A stretch of DNA of 60,420 nucleotides. Origin: Acidimicrobiia bacterium (lineage in GTDB: Bacteria; Actinomycetota; Acidimicrobiia; Spongiisociales; JAENVV01). The notes under the pieces are model-generated. The model ran no database searches and had not been told where the DNA came from. It worked only from the letters and a program-made list of their open reading frames with translations. Positions within the stretch are counted from its first letter, which is position 1. Each line of letters starts with the position of its first letter. Positions 1-9,188 of the stretch are shown here, one piece after another. The stretch spans positions 1 through 60,420 of the forward strand of contig JBFGJH010000015.1 of assembly GCA_041577335.1 (NCBI GenBank), written 5' to 3'. A program made the position numbers and the translations under genes.

Positions 1-85
1 AAGCCCGGGTCCCTCGCGTTCTACGTCATGCCCCTGGCGGCTCGCCCACCTCGGGTAGCAGAGCCATGACCACTACCGTGGCTTT

Positions 86-2137
86 GTGCGTGCCGACGCT
101 GAGACCATGGAGCCCTCGACCGTGAACGCAACCAACGACCAGAACAGGTCAGCAAGGAAGGCCCTGCGCCTCGCTGCGTCCGTGGCCGTCCTGGCTCTCA
201 TCGCGGTAGCCTGCACCTCGAATGGCGCATCGCCGGCTTCGGTGGATCCTCAGCCTGCTCCTGACTACGCTCCCGCTCTCGATTGGCTCAATACGGCGCA
301 ACCGCTGACCCTCGACGAGCTCTCCGGCAAGATCGTCCTCACCTAGTTCTGGACGTCCTCGTGTCTCACCTGCCGGCAGCTCATGGCAGAGATCGAACGA
401 CTGGAATCGGAGTACGCCGACGAGCTGGTGGTGGTCGGCGTGCACTCCCCGAAATTCTCCAGAGAAGCGGACACCGGTTCGCTCAGCCAGTTTCTCTCTC
501 GCTACGAAGTCGACCATCCAACCGTCAACGATGTCGCCTTCGAGACCTGGACCGCCTGGGATGTGAGTGCCTGGCCCACCGCAGTGCTGATCGATCCCAC
601 CGGCAACATCGTGGCGCGTCACGCCGGCTTGGGCACCGCCGAGGCCATGGGGCCCATCATCGACGATCTGGCGGGCCAATACGACGACGGCCTCGACCGC
701 ACTATCAGAGTCTTTCCCACGCCGGTAGCGGCCCCGCCACCCACCGTGCTGTCGTTCCCCGAGGCGGTACTGGCAGACCCGGCAGCCAACCGACTGTTCA
801 TTGCGGACACCAATCACCACCGAATCGTGGTCGCCGACCTCACGACCGGTGACGTCGAAACGGTGATCGGCACGGGCACAGCCGGGCGGGACGACGGGGC
901 CTACGACGACGTCACCTTCGATGAGCCGGCGGGCATGGCCCTCAGCCCCGACGGAGGCACGCTCTATGTGGCCGACCGCAACAACCATCTCCTGCGGGCA
1001 GTCGACCTCGAAAGGGCCACCGTGGTGACCGTGGCCGGGACCGGGAACCGGGGCACGCTGCCGGCCGAGCGCGGGGCGGCCCTCCGGACCGATCTCAATA
1101 CGCCGGCCGACATCACTTCGGTAGGCGACGTATTTGCCGTGTCCATGGCGGGCTTCAACCAGGTGTGGGTGTTCGACCCGGTGGGCGGGACGGTCGAGCC
1201 GGTCGCCGGCACAGGACGCCAGGGAGTCGTCAACGGCGCCACCGAAGAGGCTGAGCTTGCCGGGCCGGCCGGCCTCGCCTCGGTCGATGGCCGGGTGTAT
1301 CTCGCCGATTCCCAAAGCAGTGCCATTCGCTACGTCGGCATCGATGCCACCGACGCAACGGTCGATCTCGTGGCAGGCAGCGACCTCAACCTGTTCGACT
1401 TCGGGGACGAGGATGGGATCGGCGCAGCCGCCAGGTTCCAGCGCCCCCTCGGCATCGACATCGAGGACGGGATGGCGTGGATCGCCGACACCTACAACTC
1501 GAAGATCAAACGACTCAACCTCGTATCGGGACAGGTGACAACGGTGGCCGGGAGCGTGGCCGGGTGGAAAGACGGCATCGACGCACTGTTTGCAGAACCA
1601 GCCGGAATCGACGTCGCCGCCGGGAAGGTCTATGTCGCCGACACCGGAAACCACTCGATTCGAGTGCTCGACGTCAGCACCGCTGAGACTTCGACGTTCA
1701 TCCTCAAAGGAATCGAACGGCTCGTCCCCGACGAAGGCGGCGACGAGTTCGCCGGCACGCTGATTTCAGCCGACCCGGTGGTGGTTGGCGCGGGGCCCGG
1801 CCGGGTGGTTCTCGATGTGGGCTTCCCCGACGGCTACAAAGCCAATGACCTGGCTCCGTCGAACTTCGTATGGACCAGCGAAGGGGGAGTGGTTGCACTG
1901 GCCCCAACCGCCGACGGAGAGATCGTCGGTCCAACGTTTCCCATCGAAATCGAAGCCACGTTCGCCCCCGGATCCGGCACCTTGCGGGCTGACCTCTGGC
2001 TCGTGTTTTGCGAGACGACCGCGCAGAGTATTTGCCTGTTCGACCGTGCCCGCATCGAGGTTCCCATCGAAGTGTCCGGGCAAGGCGCCTCAACCCTCGA
2101 AGTAGCGTATGAGGTGCTGCTTCCCGAGGTTCGCTGA
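86..2137 (+). pseudogene. Thioredoxin-like + NHL beta-propeller + C-terminal domain lipoprotein (SOQ1/NHLRC2-like), interrupted by one in-frame TAG at 344-346
   Basis: ORFs 86..346 and 383..2137 share a frame. Reading through gives GKIVLT*FWTSSCLTCRQLMAE...VVVGVHSPKF...WPTAVLIDP, then NHL repeats (LFIADTNHHRI, LYVADRNNHLLR, VYVADTGNHSIR) and C-terminal FCxxxxxxxC. N-terminal lipobox AVAC; -10 TACCGT 6 nt before GTG86. Confidence 0.85.
383..2137 (+). CDS. Downstream open fragment of the Trx-NHL protein (NHL repeats + C-terminal domain; lacks signal peptide and CxxC if translated alone)
   Basis: 584-aa ORF with multiple NHL repeats; no obvious RBS at ATG383. Confidence 0.6.
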   Translation: MAEIERLESEYADELVVVGVHSPKFSREADTGSLSQFLSRYEVDHPTVNDVAFETWTAWDVSAWPTAVLIDPTGNIVARHAGLGTAEAMGPIIDDLAGQYDDGLDRTIRVFPTPVAAPPPTVLSFPEAVLADPAANRLFIADTNHHRIVVADLTTGDVETVIGTGTAGRDDGAYDDVTFDEPAGMALSPDGGTLYVADRNNHLLRAVDLERATVVTVAGTGNRGTLPAERGAALRTDLNTPADITSVGDVFAVSMAGFNQVWVFDPVGGTVEPVAGTGRQGVVNGATEEAELAGPAGLASVDGRVYLADSQSSAIRYVGIDATDATVDLVAGSDLNLFDFGDEDGIGAAARFQRPLGIDIEDGMAWIADTYNSKIKRLNLVSGQVTTVAGSVAGWKDGIDALFAEPAGIDVAAGKVYVADTGNHSIRVLDVSTAETSTFILKGIERLVPDEGGDEFAGTLISADPVVVGAGPGRVVLDVGFPDGYKANDLAPSNFVWTSEGGVVALAPTADGEIVGPTFPIEIEATFAPGSGTLRADLWLVFCETTAQSICLFDRARIEVPIEVSGQGASTLEVAYEVLLPEVR

Positions 2138-2239
2138 GATGCCCGCCATCACCGCCGGCCGAGCTTGCCGTTGGCGGCTGGTGTGGGAGAATGGTGTCCC
2201 GGCGCCACGCAGAGTGTCGGGAGCCACAGGGAGGCCCAG

Positions 2240-4330
2240 ATGAGTCACAAGACGTCGGCGCGCCACGCCGGGTGGTTGCTGCTGGCCGTGATGCTCGTGG
2301 TGTTGGCTGCCTGTACCCAGAACGCCGGTGAGACGGCGACCACCGACGACTGTGTTGCCGACGGGACATGCGCCGAAGGTCCCGATGCTGTGACGGCCAC
2401 CACCGTCCAGTCGGCCGGCGAAACCTACCAAGGGCTGCCGGTCGGCCTAACCGAGGAGGGATACCCCTACATCGGCGATCCCAACGCACCGGTCGTCGTC
2501 GAAGAGTTCACCGATTTCCTGTGTCCGTTTTGCTACCGCCACACCACCGAGACCACGCCGGCGCTTCTCAACCAGTATGCGTCATCCGGCCAGGTGCAGT
2601 TCGTCTTCCGCGACTTTCCGCTGGCGGGCCTGCATCCCACTGCGCCAAGTGGCCACAACGCATCCTTGTGTGTGGCCGAGCAAGGGGCTCCGTTGTTCTG
2701 GGAGTTCCACAGTCTCCTCTTCACCAATCAAGCGCAGTGGGCCGGTATTCCCGACCCGACCGACTATCTCAGCCAGGCCGCCCAACAGGTCGGTGTCGAC
2801 ATCGACGCCTACCAATCGTGTGTCGGCTCGCCCGAGACCTCGGCCACCATCACTCAGCGTGTCGCCGACGCGCAGAGCAAGGGATACAACGGCACTCCCA
2901 CCTTCCAGTTGGTCACCAAAGAAACGGGGGAGACGTACGACCTGGTGGGAGCCCAGCCGCTGGCCGTGTTCGCGAGCGCCTTGGACGCGCTTCTGGCCGG
3001 AGAGGTACCCGCCGGTCTCACCGCGTCGAGCGGAGCGGCCTCCCAGGACGCCGCTCCCATTCCCAGCTTCACGGTCGACCCGGACAGCCAGGACACCTAC
3101 GACGGGCTCACCGTGGGATTCACCGAGGAAGGCTTTCCGTTCATCGGCAGCCCCGAGGCGCCGGTCACGCTCATGGAATACAGCGACTACCTGTGTCCGT
3201 TCTGTTTCCGCCACACGACTCAGACCACTCCGGCGCTCATCGAACAGTACGTCCGTTCCGGGGAGGCCAACTTTGTCTTCCGGGATCTGCCTCTGGTGGG
3301 CCTCCACCCCACTGCGCCGACCGGGCATGAAGCGTCGGTGTGCGTAGCCGAGCAGGGAGCCGCCTACTTCTGGGCGTATCACGACACCCTGTTCTTCAGC
3401 CAGCAGCAATGGGAAAACCTGGCCGATCCGTCGGAGTACCTGGCGCAGACCGCCGAGAACATCGGCGTCGACATGGCCGCCTATGAGGATTGTGTGACGT
3501 CGGGCAGGGCCGTGCCCATCGTCGACGCCCGAGTCGCCGAAGGCAGGGCTGCCGGCTTCAACGGCACTCCCAGCTTCCAGTTCCTCGACAATGCCAGCGG
3601 AGAGGTGTACGAACTGGTGGGTGCCCATCCGGTGGAGCGGTTCCAGGAGTACTTCGATGCGCTCGTGGCCGGCGAAGCGCCCCCTGAGGCCGTAGCGGAG
3701 GAACAATCGGAAGAGCTGCCGCTCTGGGCTAGCGAAGAAGGCCTAGCCCCCGATTCCGATCGGCCGGGCTACACCGTTGCGGGCGACCCCTACAAGGGAG
3801 ACCCGGATGCCCCCCTCATCGTCGTCGAGTTCTCCGACCTCCAGTGTCCGTCGTGTCAACGTCATGCGTTGGAGGCCCAACCGGTGATCGATGAGACCTT
3901 TGTCGATACCGGACAGATCATGTGGGTGTTCAAGCATTTCCCCCTGCGCATCCACCCTCAATCGGCGGTGGCGTCGGCGGCGGCCGAGTGCGGCGGCGAC
4001 CAGGGCAAGTTCTTCGAGATGGAAGCACTGCTGTTTGCCAACCAGGAAGAGTGGTCGATCGACGACCCGGATCCCGTGTTTGTGGCGCTGGCCGAGGAAG
4101 CGGGCCTCGATGGCGGCGAGTTTGCCCAATGCCTGGCCGGGCGGGCAGCGTTCGAACGGGTGTTGGCGGATATCTACGACGGCACCGGCGTCCTCGAGAA
4201 CACTCCGACCTTTGTCATGATCTATGGCGGTCAAGGCCGGCGCCTGGAGGGGGCCCGCGACGCCGACGACTTCGTGGCGATCCTCCAAGCCCAGCTCGAT
4301 TCGGCACTCACGGTGGACAGCGACTCCTAA
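2240..4330 (+). CDS. Lipoprotein with three tandem DsbA/thioredoxin-fold domains
   Basis: RBS AGGGAGG before ATG2240; lipobox LAAC; EFTDFLCPFC, EYSDYLCPFC and EFSDLQCPSC, each with FRDFPL/FKHFPL-type segment and cis-Pro GTPTF/GTPSF/NTPTF. Confidence 0.9.
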   Translation: MSHKTSARHAGWLLLAVMLVVLAACTQNAGETATTDDCVADGTCAEGPDAVTATTVQSAGETYQGLPVGLTEEGYPYIGDPNAPVVVEEFTDFLCPFCYRHTTETTPALLNQYASSGQVQFVFRDFPLAGLHPTAPSGHNASLCVAEQGAPLFWEFHSLLFTNQAQWAGIPDPTDYLSQAAQQVGVDIDAYQSCVGSPETSATITQRVADAQSKGYNGTPTFQLVTKETGETYDLVGAQPLAVFASALDALLAGEVPAGLTASSGAASQDAAPIPSFTVDPDSQDTYDGLTVGFTEEGFPFIGSPEAPVTLMEYSDYLCPFCFRHTTQTTPALIEQYVRSGEANFVFRDLPLVGLHPTAPTGHEASVCVAEQGAAYFWAYHDTLFFSQQQWENLADPSEYLAQTAENIGVDMAAYEDCVTSGRAVPIVDARVAEGRAAGFNGTPSFQFLDNASGEVYELVGAHPVERFQEYFDALVAGEAPPEAVAEEQSEELPLWASEEGLAPDSDRPGYTVAGDPYKGDPDAPLIVVEFSDLQCPSCQRHALEAQPVIDETFVDTGQIMWVFKHFPLRIHPQSAVASAAAECGGDQGKFFEMEALLFANQEEWSIDDPDPVFVALAEEAGLDGGEFAQCLAGRAAFERVLADIYDGTGVLENTPTFVMIYGGQGRRLEGARDADDFVAILQAQLDSALTVDSDS

Positions 4331-4419
4331 GGGTATTCGTGGCGGCCTTTTTGCTGCCGCCCGCGGTTTTCTCGGCCATCGTCTCGGAAAGATCCGCCTG
4401 AGCCCGTGCGGGTGCAGAG

Positions 4420-4845
4420 CTACTGCATGCGGTCTTCGGATGCCGCCCGGAAGCCCGCAATCTCTTGCGCTAGCGCGTGCTTGGCGGCTCGCTCCAGAAA
4501 GGGCTTCAAGAGGCGCGCCGGCCACCCCGCCACCGATATCGAAAGAGTGAGACTCGTGCCGCCTTGAGCCGGCTCAACAACGTGGTTTGCCGACCAGTCC
4601 ATCCCGAGGAGTCGGGCTGACCACCGGAAACTCGTCTCTGGAACGAATTCGTCCACCGTCCACACCGCGTCGGGAAGGCGCGGCTGCGAAAGAGTCGCGG
4701 TGCTTCCCATTCCCAATTGCTCGCCGTCGTGGCGCCGCACCGCGTCGATGTGGCCCATGAACTCGGGCCATCGCTCTACCTCTACGACCGTCTTCCACAC
4801 TGTCGCCGGATCAGCATTGACGAGCTCTTTGCGGGTGAGGTCCAT
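4420..4845 (-). CDS. SRPBCC (polyketide cyclase/START-like) family protein
   Basis: VNADPATVWKTVVEVERWPEF pattern; leaderless TAGCCT-N6-ATG. Confidence 0.8.
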   Translation of the reverse strand: MDLTRKELVNADPATVWKTVVEVERWPEFMGHIDAVRRHDGEQLGMGSTATLSQPRLPDAVWTVDEFVPETSFRWSARLLGMDWSANHVVEPAQGGTSLTLSISVAGWPARLLKPFLERAAKHALAQEIAGFRAASEDRMQ

Positions 4846-4904
4846 CTCGACAGGCTATCAACCCAGCTTGCGCCAGCAGTTGCCGGCTCATCGGTGAGGA
4901 CAGT

Positions 4905-5699
4905 TCAAGTGAGCAGGGTGCCGCCGTCTACCACCACCGTCTCGCCGGTCATGTAGTCAGACGCCGCCGAGGCCAGGAACACCGCCGCCTTGGCGATGTC
5001 GTCGGGCTCGCCCATACGTCCCATCGGGATCTTGTTGTCGATGAACTGCTGCATCATGGCGGCCATCTCCGCCTCGGTCATGCCCGAGCCTTCCAAGGGA
5101 GCGGCTGTTCCTTCGGTGGCGATACCACCGGGAGCGATGGCATTGACGTTGATCCCATGAGGAGCGAGCTCGAGGGCGAGGTTCTTGGTGAACATCACCA
5201 CGCCTCCCTTAGAGGCGTCATAGGCAGCCAGACCGACCATCGATGGATGCAGGCCATCGATCGAAGCGATGTTGACGATCTTGCCTCCATCGCCCCGTTC
5301 CACCATGGCCGCCGCAAACGCCTTCGAGACGAAGGCCAAGCCGCGGAGGTTGATGCTCTGCACGCGATCCCAGAGCTCTGGGGTCATGTCGAGCATCGGC
5401 ACTTGCGGATAGATGCCGGCGTTGTTCACCAGGAGGTCGACCGATCCGAACAACTCGGGGGCGTGAGCGACCATGGCATCGCCCGCGGCAAGGTCGGTCA
5501 CATCGGCCGCCATGCCGGCCGCCCGGCCGGGCCCGGCCAGCGACGCTGCCTTCTTTTCGGCCAGATCGCCGTCGAGATCGGCGACGAGGACGTCGGCGCC
5601 TGCCTCGACAAATCGCTGCACGATGCCGAATCCGATTCCGCGGGCCCCGCCGGTTACCACGGCGTGCCTACCTTCCAGACTGAATGGTCCCCAAGACAT
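4905..5699 (-). CDS. SDR family NAD(P)-dependent oxidoreductase (FabG-like)
   Basis: TGGARGIG, NNAG, YDASK motifs; RBS GAGAGGAG before ATG5699. Confidence 0.9.
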   Translation of the reverse strand: MSWGPFSLEGRHAVVTGGARGIGFGIVQRFVEAGADVLVADLDGDLAEKKAASLAGPGRAAGMAADVTDLAAGDAMVAHAPELFGSVDLLVNNAGIYPQVPMLDMTPELWDRVQSINLRGLAFVSKAFAAAMVERGDGGKIVNIASIDGLHPSMVGLAAYDASKGGVVMFTKNLALELAPHGINVNAIAPGGIATEGTAAPLEGSGMTEAEMAAMMQQFIDNKIPMGRMGEPDDIAKAAVFLASAASDYMTGETVVVDGGTLLT

Positions 5700-6044
5700 G
5701 AACACTCCTCTCTCCAGACGAGTCACGGATAGCCCCGTCACAATCCAGATGAAAGATCAGGCAGACCTTTCGCAGTGAGGCCGCGCTCGTGATAGCTCAT
5801 CCAAGTGTTCGCGCATGGCCGCCTCTCGTCTAGGGGCAAACGTCACATGCGTTTCGGTGATTGAGATTCCACGAGTGCGAGTCGGCGTTCTCGTAGCGAA
5901 ATGGGCGTGGCGATCGCAATGGCAAAAAGCCTCGGGGACCTGTACCGCGTGTCGAAAAGGTCGCGAAAAATCGCCGGTTTCCGATCCGAAATGCGGGTGT
6001 CGGCTTCATTAGGTTCGGGATGTTCCCAAGGGAGAAGGGTATTC

Positions 6045-7586
6045 ATGACCAGAAAGTATCTGGCGGTGCTCACCGCTGCGTTGCTGGTGACGGCGCTCCT
6101 GCCGTCAGTGGCTTCGGCGGCGCCGCCGTCGTGCGACAACCGCACGAACAACACCATCAACAAGCTGCTCGAGTGTGTCACCGTCGAAGGTGTACGTGCT
6201 CACCAAGCGGCGTTCCAGGCTGCGGCGGACGCCACGGAGGCAGGCAACCGGGCGGCCGGCTTCGAGGGCTACGACCTCAGCGTCGACTATGTAGTGAACA
6301 CGCTGGAAGCCGCCGGGTACGACGTGGAACTCGATCCCTTCGACTTCACCTTCGTGCCGCCGGCGACCCTGATCCAGACGGCGCCGATCAACGAGGAGTA
6401 CGAGACTGGTGCCTTCTCGGGCAGCGGCTTCGGCACGGTGCAAGGCAATGTGATTCCGGTCGACCTGGCTTTGGGGACACCGGAATGGCCGGCCGATCCC
6501 AACACCTCGACCAGCGGATGCGAAGCGTCGGATTTCGACGGCCTCGACTTCAGCGGCCCGAACGACATCGCCCTGACCCAGCGCGGGGCGTGCTTCTTCT
6601 CCGTGAAGGCGGCCAATGCCGAAGCGGCCGGCGCCGAGGCGACCATCATCTTCAACCAAGGCAACAGCCCCACCCGGATGGGTCTGATCGTGGGCAACGC
6701 CACCGCCTTCCCGGACGGTTCCCCCAGCAACCTTCAACGACCGCTGGTCGGCGCCAGCTTCGATCAAGGCGTAGCCCTGTCTCAGGCTGGCGCGGAGGCA
6801 TTCATCAACGTCGACCCACCGGAGGAAATCACGCAATACAACGTCATCGCTGAGCTGCCGGGCAAGAACGACGACAACGTCGTGATGGCCGGCGCCCACC
6901 TGGATTCGGTTCAGGCCGGGCCCGGTGTCCAGGACAATGGGTCCGGTAGTGCGGCAATTCTCGAGACGGCCGTGCAGATGGCGAAGGTCAAGCCGAAGAA
7001 CACGATTCGGTTTGCCTGGTGGGGCGCCGAAGAGTCGGGTCTGGTCGGTTCCACCGCCTATGTCAACGATCTCAGCCAAGAAGAACAGGACGACATCGCC
7101 CTGTATTTGAACTTCGACATGATCGGCTCGCCGAACTTCGTCTACTTCATCTACGACGGCGACGACTCCGATGGAGTGGGCGCTGGTCCCGGTCCCGAGG
7201 GCTCGGCACAGATCGAAGCCTTCTTCGAGGACTTCTACGAGGCGCGGGACTTGCCGTACCTCGGAACCGACTTCAGCGGTCGGTCTGACTACGGACCGTT
7301 CATCGCAGTCGGAATCCCGGCCGGCGGGCTGTTCACCGGGGCTGAAGGTGTGAAGACTGACGAGGAGGCGGCCATTTGGGGCGGGACAGCCGGCGACCAA
7401 TACGACCCGTGCTACCACCTCGCCTGCGACACGTTCGACAACATCAGCCTCGAGGCGCTCGATGTGAACTCGGATGCCGTCGCGGCTGCGGTGCTCAGCT
7501 ACGGCATGAACACGTCGACGGTCAACGGGGTGAAGGGCAAGGGCAACTTCAAGCCGCAGAACCAGGACTTCCTGCCGAACAACTGA
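6045..7586 (+). CDS. Secreted M28 aminopeptidase with PA domain
   Basis: Signal peptide; RGACFFSVKAANA (PA domain); GAHLDSV, DNGSG, GAEESGL, NFDMIGS, CYH zinc-ligand motifs. Confidence 0.92.
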   Translation: MTRKYLAVLTAALLVTALLPSVASAAPPSCDNRTNNTINKLLECVTVEGVRAHQAAFQAAADATEAGNRAAGFEGYDLSVDYVVNTLEAAGYDVELDPFDFTFVPPATLIQTAPINEEYETGAFSGSGFGTVQGNVIPVDLALGTPEWPADPNTSTSGCEASDFDGLDFSGPNDIALTQRGACFFSVKAANAEAAGAEATIIFNQGNSPTRMGLIVGNATAFPDGSPSNLQRPLVGASFDQGVALSQAGAEAFINVDPPEEITQYNVIAELPGKNDDNVVMAGAHLDSVQAGPGVQDNGSGSAAILETAVQMAKVKPKNTIRFAWWGAEESGLVGSTAYVNDLSQEEQDDIALYLNFDMIGSPNFVYFIYDGDDSDGVGAGPGPEGSAQIEAFFEDFYEARDLPYLGTDFSGRSDYGPFIAVGIPAGGLFTGAEGVKTDEEAAIWGGTAGDQYDPCYHLACDTFDNISLEALDVNSDAVAAAVLSYGMNTSTVNGVKGKGNFKPQNQDFLPNN

Positions 7587-7608
7587 TCTGCGACAAACCG
7601 ATTGATCA

Positions 7609-7636
7609 CGAGGAGGCGGCGCCAGCCGCCCCCTCG
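7609..7636 (+). terminator. GC-rich hairpin after the peptidase (probable terminator)
   Basis: CGAGGAGGCGGC-GCCA-GCCGCCCCCTCG inverted repeat 22 nt after the stop, in a convergent intergenic gap. Confidence 0.5.
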
Positions 7637-7746
7637 TGCATTGCTGCAATGTGGTCCCGGACCCTTTTTGTGTCGGGCATCGAACTCAGCAGGAGCTCGG
7701 CCGAGCTACGAGCAGCCGGCGGCTGGCTCTCTCACCGAGCCAGTGC

Positions 7747-8361
7747 TCAGTGGTCGTGGCCGCCGCCTTCGCCGGAGTGTGGCCAGTCTTCACACGTGGC
7801 GAACACGTTGGCATGGGTCTCGAAGTCAATCCCCGGTTCGACGAGAAACTCCCCGTGATGATCGAAGACGAACGTGTCGACAGCCGTCAGCTTGAGGAGA
7901 TAACCGTCGTATGAATCTTCGACCGTCAAGCCGTCGTGGTGGAGCGTTTCGTTCATCCAGTGGAAATGGGTGAATCCTCGCTGCGACGGCATGTCGGACG
8001 GATCGATCGCCCATGCAGGATGTTCACCCGAGACATGGCCGCAGTACTCGGCATTCCGAGCCAAGCCCCTCAGCAGCCATCCAACGTCGCAGCCTTCCGG
8101 GTCCATTGAACAATCGCCGTGTTTGGCGATGGTCACGCCGTCATCAGTGGTTTTGTCGCTCGGAGTGATGTACAGGAATCCAGACAATCCGCTCTTGCCG
8201 GTGAGTTTCGATTGCTGATGGGTGTCGATGTGGTTCCCGAAGAGGAAGTCGAACGGCGCGTCGTGGTCACGCCACTCGTAGCCGGCCGCTCCGACTCCTA
8301 CAGGGATGAACAGCATCAGCGCGCCGGTCAGTGCAAGCGCCATGGTGGTCCGTTTGGTCAA
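7747..8361 (-). CDS. Secreted His/Cys-containing hypothetical protein
   Basis: RBS AAAGGGAGG before TTG8361 (alt ATG8343); signal peptide; FGNHIDTHQ, HFHW, His-rich C-terminus. Confidence 0.7.
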   Translation of the reverse strand: MTKRTTMALALTGALMLFIPVGVGAAGYEWRDHDAPFDFLFGNHIDTHQQSKLTGKSGLSGFLYITPSDKTTDDGVTIAKHGDCSMDPEGCDVGWLLRGLARNAEYCGHVSGEHPAWAIDPSDMPSQRGFTHFHWMNETLHHDGLTVEDSYDGYLLKLTAVDTFVFDHHGEFLVEPGIDFETHANVFATCEDWPHSGEGGGHDH

Positions 8362-8507
8362 TCTGTGCCTCCCTTTCGCTGCCCGTGACGGGCAATCGTG
8401 CCGTCTTCGTCCAGCTCGTCGACGTAGTTTGAGTGTACGCACTGTGCTCAGCCACCAGTTGCAGCCTTGCAAGATTGCGCGGCTGCCGATCGGGCATACT
8501 CCACCGT

Positions 8508-9188
8508 ATGGACGCCACGATCCTGCTTGTCGAGGATGACCCGTCGATCCGCGAGATCACCAAATTGGGTCTACAGGACGCCGGCTTCGGTGTGCAAACG
8601 GCGCCGGACGGCGAGGAAGCACTCATCCGCTTCCGACACGACCGGCCCGATCTGGTGGTGCTCGACGTAATGCTGCCGAAACGCGACGGTTTCGAGGTGT
8701 GCAGGACGATTCGGGCCGAGTCTTCGGTGCCGGTGGTCATGCTGACCGCGCGCACCGACGCCATCGACATCGTGGTCGGCCTCGAATCCGGCGCCGACGA
8801 CTATGTGACCAAGCCGTTCGAGATGCCCATTCTCGTGGCACGGATTCGGGCGGCTCTCCGTCGAGCCAACCTCATGGTGCCGGCCGAAACACTCACGTTG
8901 GGGCCGCTGCGCATCGACGTCCCTGGTCACCGGGTTGCGCTGGACGGCGTCGAGATCGATCTCACTCCAACCGAGTTCCGACTCCTCGTGGAGCTGGCGC
9001 GGCGGCCAGGGCAAGTGTTCACCCGCGAGATGCTTCTGGAGCGGGTGTGGGGCTATTCGTATCTTGGTGATTCCCGGCTGGTCGACGTCGCCATCCAGCG
9101 CCTGAGAGCCAAAATCGAGCCCGAGCCGGGATCATCAAAGCTGATCGACACGGTGCGAGGCGTGGGCTACCGGGCTCATCGCCAATGA
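8508..9188 (+). CDS. OmpR-family response regulator (MtrA/CseB-like)
   Basis: LLVEDD, LDVMLP, GADDYVTKPF, GDSRLVDVAIQRLRAKIE, TVRGVGY; CATACT-N7-ATG leaderless start. Confidence 0.93.
   Translation: MDATILLVEDDPSIREITKLGLQDAGFGVQTAPDGEEALIRFRHDRPDLVVLDVMLPKRDGFEVCRTIRAESSVPVVMLTARTDAIDIVVGLESGADDYVTKPFEMPILVARIRAALRRANLMVPAETLTLGPLRIDVPGHRVALDGVEIDLTPTEFRLLVELARRPGQVFTREMLLERVWGYSYLGDSRLVDVAIQRLRAKIEPEPGSSKLIDTVRGVGYRAHRQ

Noticed and set aside
1..69. Possible 3' end of an upstream + strand gene (KPGSLAFYVMPLAARPPRVAEP*)
   Set aside because: Too short to support or identify.
344..346. Selenocysteine or genome-wide stop reassignment explanation for the in-frame stop
   Set aside because: The codon is TAG, not TGA, and is not at a Cys position; TAG terminates several other intact genes; no pyl or sel genes are in the window.
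149..1654. 501-aa minus-strand ORF (likewise 2582..3706, 6105..7649, 20245..21429, 22608..23807)
   Set aside because: Antisense shadows of well-supported genes, typical of high-GC codon bias; no motifs.
5760..6044. c-di-GMP-I riboswitch (GGCAAAC seen here and at 51974-51980 on the minus strand)
   Set aside because: The required GNRA-loop P2 stem and downstream GCAAAG element are not evident.
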